Below, one piece after another: positions 12,612 to 25,934 of a DNA stretch of 64,000 nucleotides. The notes under the pieces were generated by a model. It saw only the letters and a program-made list of their open reading frames with translations, was not told the DNA's origin and searched no databases. The translations under genes and the position numbers were made by a program. This stretch comes from Octopus sinensis (lineage: Eukaryota). The stretch covers positions 6,262,001 through 6,326,000 of the forward strand of contig NC_043005.1 in assembly GCF_006345805.1 (NCBI RefSeq), in the 5' to 3' direction. Each line of letters starts with the position of its first letter. Position 1 is the stretch's first letter.

Positions 12612-12991
12612 CCTACTCTAGGCCTGAAATTTTGGGGGAGAGGGCCAGACGATTAGATCGACTCCAGTACGCAACTGGTACTTAATTTATTGACCCTGAA
12701 AGGACAAAAGGCAAAGTTGACCTCGGCGGAATTTGATCTCAGAATGTAAAGACAGACACCCGGCATGCTAACGTTTCTTATTTCTTTATTGCCCACAAGG
12801 GGCTAAACACAGAGGGGACAAACAAGGATAGACAAAGGGATTAAGTCGATTACATCGACCCCAGTGTGTAACTGGTACTTAATGTATCGACCCCAAAAGG
12901 ATGAAAGGCAAAGTCGACTTCAGTGGAATTTGAACTCAGAATGTAAAGACAGATGCCTGGCATGCTAACGTTTCTCTCAGCTCGCTGCCTT
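12612..12991 (-). mobile_element. Two adjacent copies of tRNA-SINE family B
   Basis: Reverse complement of GTCGACTTTGCCTTTCATCCTTT...AAGTACCAGTT occurs twice, with two different tails. Confidence 0.85.
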
Positions 12992-13034
12992 TACAAAATT
13001 TCTTTTAGCAGTAATGCATGCCACAGAAATGACT

Positions 13035-13653
13035 TTAAACTTTTTGTTTCCATATTTCTGTTGAATCGCACTGCCCCTAGTTTCAATCAATTTTGAAAGT
13101 AATGAGGAATTTAATAAAATAACTGTCATTATTATGCTGGTGTTTGGGACTTCTTTTATCTTTTACTCATTTCAGTCATTACACTGTGGCCATGCTGGGG
13201 CACCACCCTAAAGAATTTCAGTCAAAAGAATCAACGCCAGGAGTTGTTATTTTATTTGAGCTTGGTACTTATTCTATTGGTCTCTTTTGCCAAACTGCTA
13301 AGTTACAGGGACATAAAAATACTGATGCCAGTTGTCAAATGGTGGCAGGAAACAAACACAAACACACACACTCAGGTATATGTGTACACACACACACAAT
13401 GGACTTCTTTCAGTTTCCATCTTCCAAATCTACTCACAACACTTTGGTCAGCCTGAGGGTATAGTAGAAGACACTTGCCCAACGTGCCATGCAATGGGAT
13501 TGAACCTAGAACCATGTAGGTGGGAAGCAAACTTCTTACCACACAGTCACATGAAATTTTGATGGAAAGTTTAAATTTAGGTTACTTTAAAACAGGAACT
13601 TTGTGTCATAGAACCAGGAGTGGTCTCAGGCATTTTGGTGTCAAAAGGGCTAA
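13035..13653. mobile_element. piggyBac-like MITE family 2 interrupted by a family A SINE (about 13160..13548, minus strand)
   Basis: MITE halves 13035..13150 and 13548..13653 join into the same sequence as the MITE at 19589..21429. Confidence 0.7.
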
Positions 13654-14098
13654 AAAAAAAACACCCTCAGTCAGACAGCAAGCAAACTCCCTTACCAAAT
13701 TTTCCCAAAATTAGTCACCAAAAATCAGACAGAGAATATAAATGTAAAACCATGAATATACAATAAGCCATGATCATCCACTTCCTTTCAGATACCAAAA
13801 AAAAAAAAAAGCAAAAGAAAATTCCAAAATGCAAAAGACTCAGGACCTGACAAAGCTACAAATTTACTTTTAAAACAAGACTTGGTAGAATTATTGCATT
13901 TAGCTACATTTTAAAAAGTAGAATGGCTTAGTGGTTAAGAAGTTTGTTTTGCAACCATATGGGTTTGAGTCCAGTCCCTTAGTGTGGCACTTTGAGCAAG
14001 TGTCTTCTAGTATATAGCCTGAAGCAGACCAATGCCTTATGAGTGGGTTTGGTAGATGGAAGCTGTGTAAAAGCTTGTCATGTGAATGTGTGTGTGAC

Positions 14099-14141
<43 letters not shown>

Positions 14142-14142
<1 letters not shown>

Positions 14143-14417
14143 GAAGCGCAATGGCCTAGTGGTTAGGGCAGCGGACTCGCGGTCGCAGTTTCGATTCCCA
14201 GACCGGGCGTTGTGAGTGTTTATTGAGCGAAAACACCTAAAAAGCTCCACAAGGCTCTGGTAGGGGGTGGTGATCCCTGCTGTACTCTTTCACCACTCTT
14301 TCTTCCACTCTTTCTTCTGTTGGCCTGCTCGCTTAGCCATTCGAAGGCTAAAACAATGCGAACGCATTGTGACCAGCGATGTGTAACAACATCTGATGGT
14401 CTGGTCGGTCACATGAT

Positions 14418-14425
<8 letters not shown>
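14142..14425 (+). mobile_element. tRNA-derived SINE family C
   Basis: A box TGGCCTAGTGG, B box GTTTCGATTCC, tail GTCACATGATCACGTGA; near-identical to 17109..17415, with a degenerate copy at 26810..27080. Confidence 0.9.
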
Positions 14426-14480
<55 letters not shown>

Positions 14481-16589
14481 TGTAGGTAGATAGATAGATA
14501 GATATTTAGATATATAGATAAATAGATAGACAGATAAAATATACGTGTGTGTGTGTGTGTGCATGTGTGTGTGTTAATGTGTGTGTGTTTGGTTTCCCAC
14601 CACTGCTTGACAACCATTGCCAGTTTGACAAAAGAGATCAACAGAATGACTGAAACAAGTAAAAGACAAAAAAAAAAACATAAAAAAAGAAATGATATTG
14701 ACAAAAATCCTCTGAAGATTAGATTTTCTACAGCTGGATGCTCTTCCTGTTGCCAAACCTCACTTGTTTCCAAGTAAAATAATATTTGCCCTTGGCCAGA
14801 CATGTTTTTCATGGAAGAGTGAAAGTGAATGATATTGCTTGACTTACAGTGATACTTGTTTGAAAGCTTTCACATAATGTCCAGACAAGAACACACACAG
14901 ACTCACACGCATGTGTGTGTGAATAGACCAGGGAACAAACCATGTACCCAGAGCCAGCAGATTGCTTGGAGACACAAGGTGTGTTTTAAAAGCCTGCCTG
15001 GTTGCATGTCACCAAAGCCAGAAACTATTGGTAGCTCATAGCTTTATGCTGTGTATATTAAATGATATTTATTTCTCATTAGAGGGAATATCTTTGTTGA
15101 TCTTACACCAATAGAATAGTAAACTATACGTGTATCAAATGGATGTCTTTTAAAACTATTCCGCACATACAATAAGAGCCATACCAGTAATCCAACATAC
15201 CCCCATCATCAGCTGCCCCAAGGATATCATTATGGTTTTGACACCTGGGCAGTACCATTCAATCTGGTAGTGTCAACAGCTCTAAAATAAGTGTTTTTTG
15301 GGGAACAAACATACCTAAGATATCACCACATTCATTCAATCTTAATTCTAAGAAGGATTAAACACTAACATTATTAATTAAACTACAACAAAGAAATACA
15401 TCTACCCTAAGTACGAAAACAGTATTGGTAAATGAATTCAATAAATAAACCCATAACTAACTCCTAAATTATCTAACTAAACCCTTGAAGTTCATGCAGA
15501 TAATATTCCCACCAGTCTTCCATAGTTATTGATATAAAAGTGAAAGGTTTTATATTCTCTTCTTTCCAGAACAAAAATAAACTCGATTGAACTTTAATAA
15601 CATAACTAATTCTGAGTGAATTACATTATTTCATAACCCAAAAGTTTAATAAATTAAACACTCCATACACATTAAATATTAGTTACACTTGAGATGGTTC
15701 GATCTGGTTGTCTGCAAAAAAGTCTAAGCTAAGAGCATTAGACACCTTCGTAAGAAAGCTAGCGAATGTGTATGGCAACAAAGACAAAAAAAAAACAAAC
15801 AAGCAAAACAAAACAGAACATGGTACAGAATTACGAATACAAACAAGAAATAGCAACAGGTGTCTTTCGACTTAGAATGATTCAAATTGAGCTGGCACAT
15901 GCCAGCTCAATGGAGAGAAAGCCTAAAGGCAAGAATATGGGAGATGGACACAAGATGTGTTGACGGTTGGCAGTCAGGCCAAGAAAGAAAGATCATGGCT
16001 GGCCAGACACCGGTCATGTGGAAAGAGGAGAAATGGGTAGGGGACAGCAGGATTGAAGGATTAGAAAAAAATCAGACAATGAGCTCCTTTTATTTTCTGA
16101 CTTCCAGATCCACCCACAAGGCTTTGGTCATCCTAGGGCAATAATAGACAACACTTGCCCAAGGTACCATGCGGTAAGACTGAACCCAAAAGCAGGTGGT
16201 TGCAAAGCTAACTTCTTAACTGCACAACATTCCTATTCAGAATCCTTGTTCTGTTCACTTCTGGTTGGCATCAACAGCCAGCCAAGAAAACCTCTGCCTG
16301 CACAGTTCTAATTACTAATGACATTGGCAATGTTTTACCTTCCATTTCCTTCTACCTGCTTACAAGCAAGCACATTAGACACCATCCCCTTAAAACCATC
16401 CCAAGATCTATGTAATGGTGAACAATAACTATGGTTGCTTCCCGAATAACAACACACTTAGAATCTACCATTTGTCGAATTATTCACTGCAAACCCATAG
16501 TTCTCTCCACCCACTCATTTCTTTTTTAATTACCACTAACTCAATCCTCTCCTATGCCAACAAAACCTGCATCTAGTCTTATAAGTTGA

Positions 16590-16810
16590 TGATGTAACCA
16601 CTGTGGTCCCCCTCCTATCATTCTGCTCTCTCACCCACCCATTTTATATTTATACCGACTCACTTTCTTCACACATCTTCAAAATACCCACACAGCCTTA
16701 TTTATTTATAAGTGGATGACATCACAGTTATCTCCTCCTATAACCCCATCCTTCTTCAGTCGGTTACACACTTCCTTCAGCTGTGTATCAACCACCTAGA
16801 AAAACTCTCT
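16590..16810 (+). pseudogene. Highly degraded non-LTR reverse transcriptase fragment
   Basis: PFYIYTDSL followed by *VDDITVISS...LQLCINHLE resembles RT motifs LFNIYxDDL and YxDD. Confidence 0.45.
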
Positions 16811-17017
16811 CTCTCTCTAAACAATGAGACTAAAAATAGCACCTGCCAAATCTGTTGACTCCCTTCTTATCAAAAATAACAACAGCGTTTGAAATACCAC
16901 TATCCTACAGAATGTAAACATATTTCATGAAACAAAAACCAGGGCACGAAAAATGACTTAAACAGCTTTGATACATTCAGTGTGCGTGTGTGTCTGAGAG
17001 AGAGAGAGAACATACAC

Positions 17018-17053
<36 letters not shown>

Positions 17054-17108
17054 ATATATATATATAGTAGTTAAACGATGATGATGAATGATGATGATAT
17101 ATATATGT

Positions 17109-17415
17109 GGAGGCGCGATGGTCCAGTGGTTAGGGAAGCGGACTCGCGGTCGTAGGATCGCGGTTTCGATTCCCAGACCGGGCGTTGTGAGTGTTTATTG
17201 AGCGAAAACACCTAAAGCTCCACGAGACTTCGGCAGGGTGGGGGTCGGGGGCGATCCTTGCTGTACTCTTTCGCCACAACTTTCACGCTTTCTTCTGTTG
17301 GCCTGCTCGCTTAGCCAATGGGGTGGTATTATTTGAAGGCTAAAACAATGTGCATTGTGATCAGTGATGTGTAGCAACATCTGATAGCCTGGTCAGTCAC
17401 GGTGATCACGGTGAT
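17109..17415 (+). mobile_element. SINE family C copy
   Basis: Colinear with 14142..14425. Confidence 0.9.
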
Positions 17416-18232
17416 ATATATATATAAGCAGATGAGTGAGAGTGAGTGTATGTGTGTTAGTTCAGTGTGTATTTGCATGGGTTGCACGGTGTTTATTGAG
17501 GCAGATTTCCTACAGGTGGATGCTTTTCCTGTTGCCAACCTTCACCTATTTCCCAGCAGAGCAATATTCACCCATGGCTGGACATGTCCTCCCAGGGGAC
17601 TGGAAATGAATAACATTCATCATCTGCTTTCCATGCTGGCATGGGTTGGAAAGTCTGACTGAGGACTGGCAAGCCAGAAGGCTGCACCAGGCTCCAATCT
17701 GATCCTTCCTTAATGCCAACCACTCCGAGAGTGTAGTGAGTGCTTTTTATGTGCCACCAGTACAAGTGCTAGTCAGGTGGCACTGGCATCAACCACATTT
17801 GGTACTGGTATCGTCCACCGACACAGGAGCCAGTTCAGTGGGACTGGCATCGACCCCGCTCGAATGGTGGCACAGATGCCAGTCAGGCAGTACTGGCATT
17901 GGCCACTGTATAAAAGTGACACTCATTTACAATTATTACAGGATGTCAAGAGAAGGAGACACAAACATGCATATGCACATTTATATATATATATATATAT
18001 ATCATCATCATCATCGTTTAACGTCCGTTTTCCATGCTAGCACGGGTTGGATGGTTTGACCGGGGTCTGGGAAGCCAGGAGGCTGCACCAGGCTCCAATC
18101 TGACCTGGCAATGTTTCTACAGCTGGATGCCCTTCCTAATTCCAACCACTCCGTGAATGTAGTGGGTGCTTTTTACGTATCACCAGCACAGGTATCACAA
18201 TTACAATTTCCATTTGATATTTATTTTGATGT

Positions 18233-18273
<41 letters not shown>

Positions 18274-18559
18274 TACACACACATACATATAGACATGCAC
18301 ACGGAGTCTTTCTTTCTAGTATACTAGAACTAACTGAAAGTAGTGAGAGAAAACAAAAGCAATCTGCCACGTCGGAGGAATTGCATTATTTCTGATAAAC
18401 AACAGTATGTTGGAATGTGCAGTGTGGTTTTTAATGTGACAGAAGAACTGTGTTATAACCGAAGTACTCTACGTGTGTACTTCAACTAACATCTCCCTGT
18501 ATAATGAGTTTATTCAATCAAGGTTGATGGGGACAACAAGTGAACAAAATGATTCTTTT

Positions 18560-18770
18560 CTACTCTAGGCACAAGGCCTGAAATTTTTTGAGGAGGTGGT
18601 CAGTCGATTAGATAGACCCCAGTATGCAACTGGTACTTAATTTATCAACCCTGAAAGGATGAAAGGCAAAGTCGACCTCAGCGGAATTTTAACTCAGAAT
18701 ATAAAGACAGATGAAATGCCGCTAAGGATTTCGCCAGGTGAGCTAACGTTTCTGCCAGCTCACCACCTTA
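18560..18770 (-). mobile_element. SINE family B copy
   Basis: Reverse complement of 52504..52716. Others near 8880, 10850(+), 22590-23010, 42985, 46572(+), 50625-51020 and 59628. Confidence 0.85.
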
Positions 18771-20115
18771 AGTGAACAAAATAATTATTAGTTCTGTAGA
18801 CCCTCACATGGTTCAGCAATGAATTATACCCCTTCAGTCAACTGTCCCATATCTTATTGACATGAATCATCCTCACCAAGATTGAGAGACCTTCTTAGCC
18901 CTAAGAGTGTCTCACAACTGTGTAAGGGCCCATGGGATATGCATCTGTATTGAGAAAAGTAAAAATTTCTAATCTTATAAATCACAGATATGAGTATGGC
19001 CACACTTAAAGCACTAAAATGTTACACTGTACTAATCAACTAAATTATAATTATAATGCTTTAAATGCCTCCATGTGCTAGTCATACTAATTTATAGTAA
19101 ATTACTCTTTTGCTCTTGAGGCATAAAGCATTATTTTTAACTAAGTTTTAGAGTATTATTTTATCAGCAGGCAAATGTGAATGTGGATGGAATTTTGCCT
19201 GGGGGTTCTCCACTGTTTAATTTACCCTCTCTAAATGAACTGAGGTTGATAGAAATGGGTGTCTTGGGCATATAGATACAATAAGAAATCAAACCGGGGG
19301 GGGGGGGGTCATTTATTCAATTCTCCGAGACCCTTATATCTACTAATCTGCAGGGTTTGTTTTTTCTTTATTAGCGTAATTAATAAAAATTAGAAATTAA
19401 CCACAGCATAATGTTCATTACATTAATCAGTTAATCAGCTGATCTAATTCTCATTTATTTCTTCATGTTTCTTGAAATAAATAATTAATTTAATGTTTTC
19501 TCAATTACTTAAGTAGACTTAAGATTTCTGATTACAAGAATTTGACTCAGCAACGTTCACTACTTTAAAAAAATCCAAATAAATAAAAACAACCCTTTTT
19601 TGATACCAGCCAGTTTGAGACCACCCCTGGTTCCATGATGGGAACTTCTCATTTTAAAGTGATTTAAATTAAAACCTTTCATCAAAATTTCATGTTCATC
19701 AATGTTTCAAATATCAGCTTATTAAATACTCTTTTACTTGTTTCAGTCATTTGACTGCGGCCATGCTGGAGCACCACCTTTAGTTGAGCAAATCGACCCC
19801 GGGACTTATTCTTTGTAAGCCCAGTACTTATTCTATCGGTCTCTTTTGCTGAACCGCTAAGTTACGGGGACGTAAACACACCAGCATCGGTTGTCAAGCA
19901 ATGCTAGGGGGACAAACACAGATACACAAACATATACACACATACATATAAACATATATATACATATATACGACAGGCTTCTTTCAGTTTCCGTCTACCA
20001 AATCCACTCACAAGGCATTGGTCGGCCCGAGGCTATAGCAGAAGACACTTGCCCATGATGCCACGCAGTGAGACTGAACCCGGAACCATGTGGTTGATTA
20101 GCAAGCTACTTACCA

Positions 20116-21307
20116 ACGGAGTCAGGTAGGGATGTGTCCTGGCCCCAACACTGTTCAGCATCATGTTCTCGGCAATGATGTCCGACGCCTTTAGGGACTG
20201 CAAGTCCGGTATCAACATCAAGTACAGGACAGACGGGAAACTTTTCAACTCCAGGAGATTGCAGGCTGTCACAAAGGTGAGGGAGACAGTCGTCAGAGAC
20301 TTTCTCTTTGCTGACGACTGCGCCCTTAATGCAATCGATGAGCAGGAGATGCAGCTCGAGATGGACAGATTCTCATCAACCTGTGACAACTTCGGTCTCA
20401 CCATCAGTGCAAAGAAAACCGAAGTGATGTTTCAGCCAGCCCCCGGCAAACAATACCATGAGCCTCAGATAAGGGTGAACGGACGGATCTTACGAGTGGT
20501 GGAAAACTTCACCTACCTGGGCAGCACTCTCTCCTGCAATGCCAACATAGATGCTGAAACCATCAACAGAATCTCCAAGGGAAGCAGCGCGTTTGGGAGA
20601 CTGCGAAAGAAAGTCTGGGAGCGGAGAGGAATCAGCCTCAACACCAAGCTGAAAGTCTACCGGGCAGTCGCGCTTACCACTCTACTATACGGCTGCGAGA
20701 CGTGGACTGCTTACCGAAGGCACGAGCGCCAGATAAACCACTTCCATCTCAGGTGTCTTCGGAATCTCCTTCACATCCGCTGGCAGGACAAAGTCCCAGA
20801 CACGGAAGTTCTGAAGCAGGCAGATCTCCCTAGCACCATCACAATCATGCGCAAGGCCCAGCTGAGATGGGCGGGCCACGTCTCCCGCATGTCCGACACT
20901 CGCATCCCAAAACAGCTCTTCTACGGTGAACTCGGCCAGGGCAGGCGCAAAGTCGGAGGGCAAAAAAAGCGCTACAAGGATAGTCTCAAGGTCTCTCTCA
21001 AAGACTTCTCCATCGGAACAGAGACCTGGGAGACACTTGCTGCCAACCGCTCATCCTGGCGCAGCGCAATCACCGTGGGAGCAGGGACAGCCGAGGAGGG
21101 ACGGATTCGGTCAGCGGAGCAGAAACGTCAGATGCGTAAAGTCAGAGCCGCCTGCACCAGTAGCACTGCCCCTACCCACTTCTGCCCCACCTGTGGGAGG
21201 GGCTTCCTTGCCCGGATTGGCCTCACCAGCCACCTCCGGTCTCATGGCGGCAGTTCCATCAGATGATGTCAGTTGGTCATCTTCGAACCGAAGGACGAAC
21301 ATTACAT
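20116..21307 (+). mobile_element. 5'-truncated RTE-clade (BovB/RTE-1-like) LINE
   Basis: 9-bp TSD TACTTACCA at 20107..20115 and 21308..21316, short ACATT-repeat tail, and an ORF running almost from the first base. Confidence 0.95.
20163..21266 (+). CDS. C-terminal half of the RTE reverse transcriptase with a C2H2 zinc finger (truncated; 367 aa open)
   Basis: Upstream GVR*GCVLAPTLF (QG motif with CAG>TAG), LFADD, FGLTISAKKTEVM, FTYLGS, LLYGCETW, LRWAGHV and CPTCGRGFLARIGLTSHLRSH. Confidence 0.95.
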   Translation: MFSAMMSDAFRDCKSGINIKYRTDGKLFNSRRLQAVTKVRETVVRDFLFADDCALNAIDEQEMQLEMDRFSSTCDNFGLTISAKKTEVMFQPAPGKQYHEPQIRVNGRILRVVENFTYLGSTLSCNANIDAETINRISKGSSAFGRLRKKVWERRGISLNTKLKVYRAVALTTLLYGCETWTAYRRHERQINHFHLRCLRNLLHIRWQDKVPDTEVLKQADLPSTITIMRKAQLRWAGHVSRMSDTRIPKQLFYGELGQGRRKVGGQKKRYKDSLKVSLKDFSIGTETWETLAANRSSWRSAITVGAGTAEEGRIRSAEQKRQMRKVRAACTSSTAPTHFCPTCGRGFLARIGLTSHLRSHGGSSIR

Positions 21308-23086
21308 TACTTACCACACAGCCACTCCTGCACCTATGACAAATTTACTTGGATAAATTTTTCATTATTTTAAAAACTGAGACAACTGAAGTGTATTTTA
21401 ACAAGAAGTTATGGAAACAAAAGGGTTAAACTGGCATTTATAGTCGATGGTAAGGCCATGCAAGATTAATATCAAACTGGAAGCTATAAGAGGCTGAGTC
21501 TTGTAACAAAGAAAGCAGGTTGTGTTTGGAAACTCAGAGAATTCTTAACTCTTCTTGAAATCTATAGAGATAGTAGAACTGACTAATTAAAGATTTTTAA
21601 TTCAAGCATTGGTTCATTTCAATTAAGGTGAAATCTTTTATCATTAACTTGTTTTAGTCATTAGACTGTGGCCATGCTGGTGCATGGTCTTGAAGAGTTT
21701 AGTCAAATAAATGGAACCCAGTATCTGTTTTCTAAAATCTGATATTTAATTAGTCTCTTTTCACCAAACCACTGACATACGGAAATGTAAACCAACTAAC
21801 ACTAGTTACCGAGTAGTGGATGGGTGGGGGTAAGGAAAACACACACACACATGATGGGCTTCTTTCAGTTTCCATTTACCAAATCCACTCACAAGGCTTT
21901 GGTTGGCCTGAGTCTATAGGAGAAGACACTTGCCCAAGGTGCCACACAGTGGAACTGAACTTGGATCCATGTGATTGTGGAGCAAATTTCTTAACAAATA
22001 TGAAGTTTTTTTGTTTGTTTTTTTAATGAATGAATTAATAACTTATTACATTTAAGGTTTTTATTATTAAACAAAAGAAATAAATAAAATCAAGCTATGT
22101 TTTAAAAGATACTTCAACCATAATTAACAAAATGAACTTCTCATTTGGATAAATTATATCTCTTCTTCTCAGTTAGATAATTGGAATTGATAAAATACAG
22201 ATAGAAATATTCTCCATCATCAATATCATCATTACCATTATCCTCTTTCTCCTCCTCATCATCGTTTTATTGTTCAATTTTCCAAGGGTAAGACAAAGAA
22301 ATCCATCAAGGACAGATTTATTTTCTAACTGGACGCTCTTCCTGTCACCACTCCCCTCTCTTTGTCTCCAAAACAAGCAAATATTTCCCTTGGCCCCTTC
22401 AAACGCAAGCACATCTATGGCTGGATATGTCTTCTCAGAAGATTGCAAACAATTGGCATCTGCTCACACAACAACGAGACACACAGACACACATGATAGG
22501 ATTCTTTCTTTTAAAATGTCATTTTTTTACAGTGTGGGTATACTGCCGCCGCCACCACCACCACCAATAATAATAATAATTATAATGATAATATTAATAA
22601 TGGTTTCAAATTTTGCAACAAGAGCAGTGATTTGGGGTGAGGGGGATAAGTTGGTTACATCAACCCCAGTATCTATTTTATCGACTCCAAAAGGGTGAAA
22701 AGCAAAGTCAACCTCAGCAGAAATTGAACCCAGAATGGAACAACGGATGAAATACTGCTAATGATTTTGCCGAACATGCTAACGATTCTGCCAGCTTGCC
22801 ACCTTAATAATAATAAATAATAAGAGTTTCAAATTTTGGCACAAGGCCAGGAAATGGAACCCAGTGCTCAACTGGTACTTATTTAATCGACCTGAGAGGA
22901 TGAAAAGCAACGTCAACCCCAGCAGCATTTGAACCCAGAACGTAAAGGCACATAAATTGCCTCTAAGCATTTGGCTTGGCATGCCAATGATTCTGCCAGC
23001 TTGCCACCTTACTACTACTACTATAACTACTACTAATAATAGTAATCCTTTCTACTAAAGGCAAAGGCCTGAAATTTGGACAGAAA

Positions 23087-23695
23087 GAGTACAAGCATAG
23101 ACACAACAAGGTAGCCCCAAAACCTCCACTGGCTACTATGCTGTAAGTATGGATATGAGATTACAGGTGCTTGGTACAGACATACACCAGAAAAGGTAAT
23201 GGATGAAAAGGAGAAGGCAAAAATCCTCTGGAACTTCAATTTCCATACAGACAATGTGTTAGAACACCAAAGGCCAGATATAGTAACCTTTAGGAGGGAC
23301 AAACAAGAGTGCCTAATAACTGATGTGGCAGTGCCAGGAGATCAACATATCATCATGAAAGAAAGAAAAGAGGTTGATAAATATGGAGACCTGAGAATTG
23401 AGATTGCTAAGGTGTGGCAGCTATGAGAGTTGAGCATAGAGGTTATCCCTATTGTCATCAAAGCACTGGGTTCAATACCACCCAATCTAAAAAAAAAAGA
23501 CATCTGAAAACCTTAGAGATACCCTACAACCTAGATGCATTCCAAAAGTCAGTATTACTTGGAACTGCACACATATTGCATAAAGTACTGTCTGTCTGAG
23601 GTCCTTGGTGTGACTTGACAAACAGTACTAACCCCCGGTAGACACAATATCTTCAATCAACAACCTCACGATATTGTATACTGTGCGACGTCTTA

Positions 23696-23748
<53 letters not shown>

Positions 23749-23750
23749 TG
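23087..23750 (+). mobile_element. 3' fragment of an R4/Dong-clade RLE non-LTR retrotransposon ending in (TAA)n
   Basis: EYKHRHNKVA/LHWLLCCKYG...WYRHTPEKV...ILWNF...RPDIV...ITDVAVPGD...KYGDL...PIVIKALG.../QKSVLLGTAHILHKVL*: PD-(D/E)xK endonuclease with frameshifts, then 3' UTR and a TAA tract. Confidence 0.9.
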
Positions 23751-24451
23751 ATAACAACAATTTCTGATTTAGGTACAAGGACATCAACTTTAAGGAGAAG
23801 GGGTTACTTTTATATAATCAACTTCAATACTTTACTGGTACTATATTCTCTCAACACCATCATCATCACTCTTATCACTGTCATCATCAACATAATGTTA
23901 AAAAATTCATAGACAATGATGAAGCATTTCTTCCAGACTAGAAGGCAGCTGTCTTGTGATGTTTTTTAAATTTCGCTTTTTTTTTTTTTTATTTACCTAA
24001 ACTTCAAGACATGAAATTTTGCTGTCGATCCGTTTCCACAGCAACACCCATGACAATTTCCCTCCAATGTTATTAATGGTGCATGGAGGCTCTGTTTATG
24101 TTGCAGAAATGGCTGGGAATGCTAAGAATTCCTTTCAAAACAAGGATATGCATGCCTACAAACGACTGTACATACATACATACTCAATCCTGAACTAAAA
24201 CTTACACAGACACAACAGCAGGCACACAGATGCGTGTACATGTATATGTGTTTGCATGTGAGTATATGCGTGTATATACATGTGTAGGTGTGTGAGTGTG
24301 TGTGTGTACACACAGAGAAAAGTTGGAAATGTATAACACACTTCCTGAATTTCATTCAAAAATAATGTCAAAGCCGTAACTTGAGTTAACTTTACTAAAT
24401 ATTATATACACAGCTATGCATAACACACACATTCATATATATATATATATC

Positions 24452-24915
24452 ATCATCATCATCATCATCATTTAGCGTCCGTTTTCCATGCTAGCATGGG
24501 TTGGACGGTTCTACTGGGGTCTGTGAAGCCAGAAGGCTTCATCAGGCCCAGTCAAATCTGGCAGTGTTTCTACGGCTGGATGCCCTTCCTAACGCCAACC
24601 ACTCCGTGAGTGTAGTGGGTGCTTTTTACGTGCCACCCGCACTGGTGCCAGACAGAGCTGGCAAACGGCCACGAACGGATGGTGCTTTTTATGTGCCACC
24701 GGCACGAGGGCCAGGCGAGGCTGGCAACGGACACGAAACGGGGCGGTGCTGGCAACGGTCGTGAAACGGAAAGTTCTCTTACATGCCACCGGCACTGGTA
24801 ACACATCTGCAATTTCCATTGATCGATTTCCATTGATCGATTTCGATTCTGATCCTCACTTGCCTCAATGGGTCTTCACAAGCAGAGTTTCGACATGCCA
24901 CCGGCACTGGTAGCA
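24452..24915 (-). mobile_element. Family D copy, CpG-rich (young)
   Basis: CATCAT tail, conserved body and internal GGTGCTTTTTACGTGCCACC units. Confidence 0.9.
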
Positions 24916-25165
24916 CATATATATATAAAGTTCTTTCCTAAGTCATATACACTTGTAGAGCTGTTTTCCTGGTTTCTGTGGTGTATATAATATGTGCAAT
25001 GGGCAGGACGTCAGTCTATCAGTAGGAATGTTCATTTTTGCCCGCTGAGTGGAGTGAAGCAACATGAAATGAAGTGTCTTGCTCAAGAACACAATGCACT
25101 GCCAAGTCCAAGAATCAAAACTACAATCATACAATCATGAGTGCAACCACAAAGCCACATGCCGG

Positions 25166-25210
<45 letters not shown>

Positions 25211-25751
25211 CGTGGCTTTGTGGTATGAAGCTTGATTCTTAACCACATGGCTCCAGGTTCAATTCCACTATATAGCAGCTTGTGCAAGTGTCTTCTACTA
25301 TAGTCTCGGGCCAACCAAAGCCTTGCAAGTGGATTTGGTAGCTGGAAACTGAAAGAAGCCCATCATATATATATGTGTGTGTGTGTCTAAGCCTGTGGTT
25401 ATCCCCCACCACTGCTTGACAACCAGTGTTGGTGTGTTTACATCCCCAGAATTGGCAAAAGAGACCAATAGAATAAGTACTAGATTTAAAAAAAAAATAA
25501 TCCTAGAGTCGATTTGTTCGACTTAAATTCTTCTTGGCGGTGCCTTTTGTTGGCTGATCACAGAACCACATGTAATGTGAAACTCTGAGTAATGATTGAG
25601 TGAATCATCAGGTTTTCTGAAATAAATACTCTCTGTCATATGTACTGGAGAGTATCCTCTCACTCAGTTGTAATCTTAACCATGAATATATCTTCATCCT
25701 TACCCATAGACACACACACACACACATATATATATATACAGACACACACAC

Positions 25752-25790
<39 letters not shown>

Positions 25791-25934
25791 CACAGGCACA
25801 CATCAGTCATGGATGCTACAGACATTAGTTGTGTATCATCTAATTGTACTGAAGACCCCCCCCCCCACTTGACACTCAATCTGGGCCTTAACCCTGGATA
25901 TTAAACTACGAGCAAACGAGAGACTATGTACCCA

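Larger units (their letters stand above)
19722..21335 (-). mobile_element. Family A SINE split by an RTE insertion
   Basis: Body 19722..20115 stops at GCAAGCTACTTACCA and resumes at 21308 with TACTTACCACACAGCCACTCCTGCACC. Confidence 0.9.
19589..21429. mobile_element. piggyBac-like MITE family 2 containing a nested SINE and LINE
   Basis: Ends AACCCTTTTTTGATACC ... GGAAACAAAAGGG|TTAA; halves 19589..19721 and 21336..21429 rejoin. Confidence 0.7.

Noticed and set aside
14142-14215. Genuine tRNA genes at SINE heads (also 17109, 28803, 52504)
   Set aside because: They have A/B boxes but no complete cloverleaf or acceptor stem, and each continues into a shared repeat body.
15886-15911. Perfect 12-bp palindrome ATTGAGCTGGCA-CA-TGCCAGCTCAAT
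   Set aside because: Isolated and short, with no TSD or second copy; its function cannot be supported.
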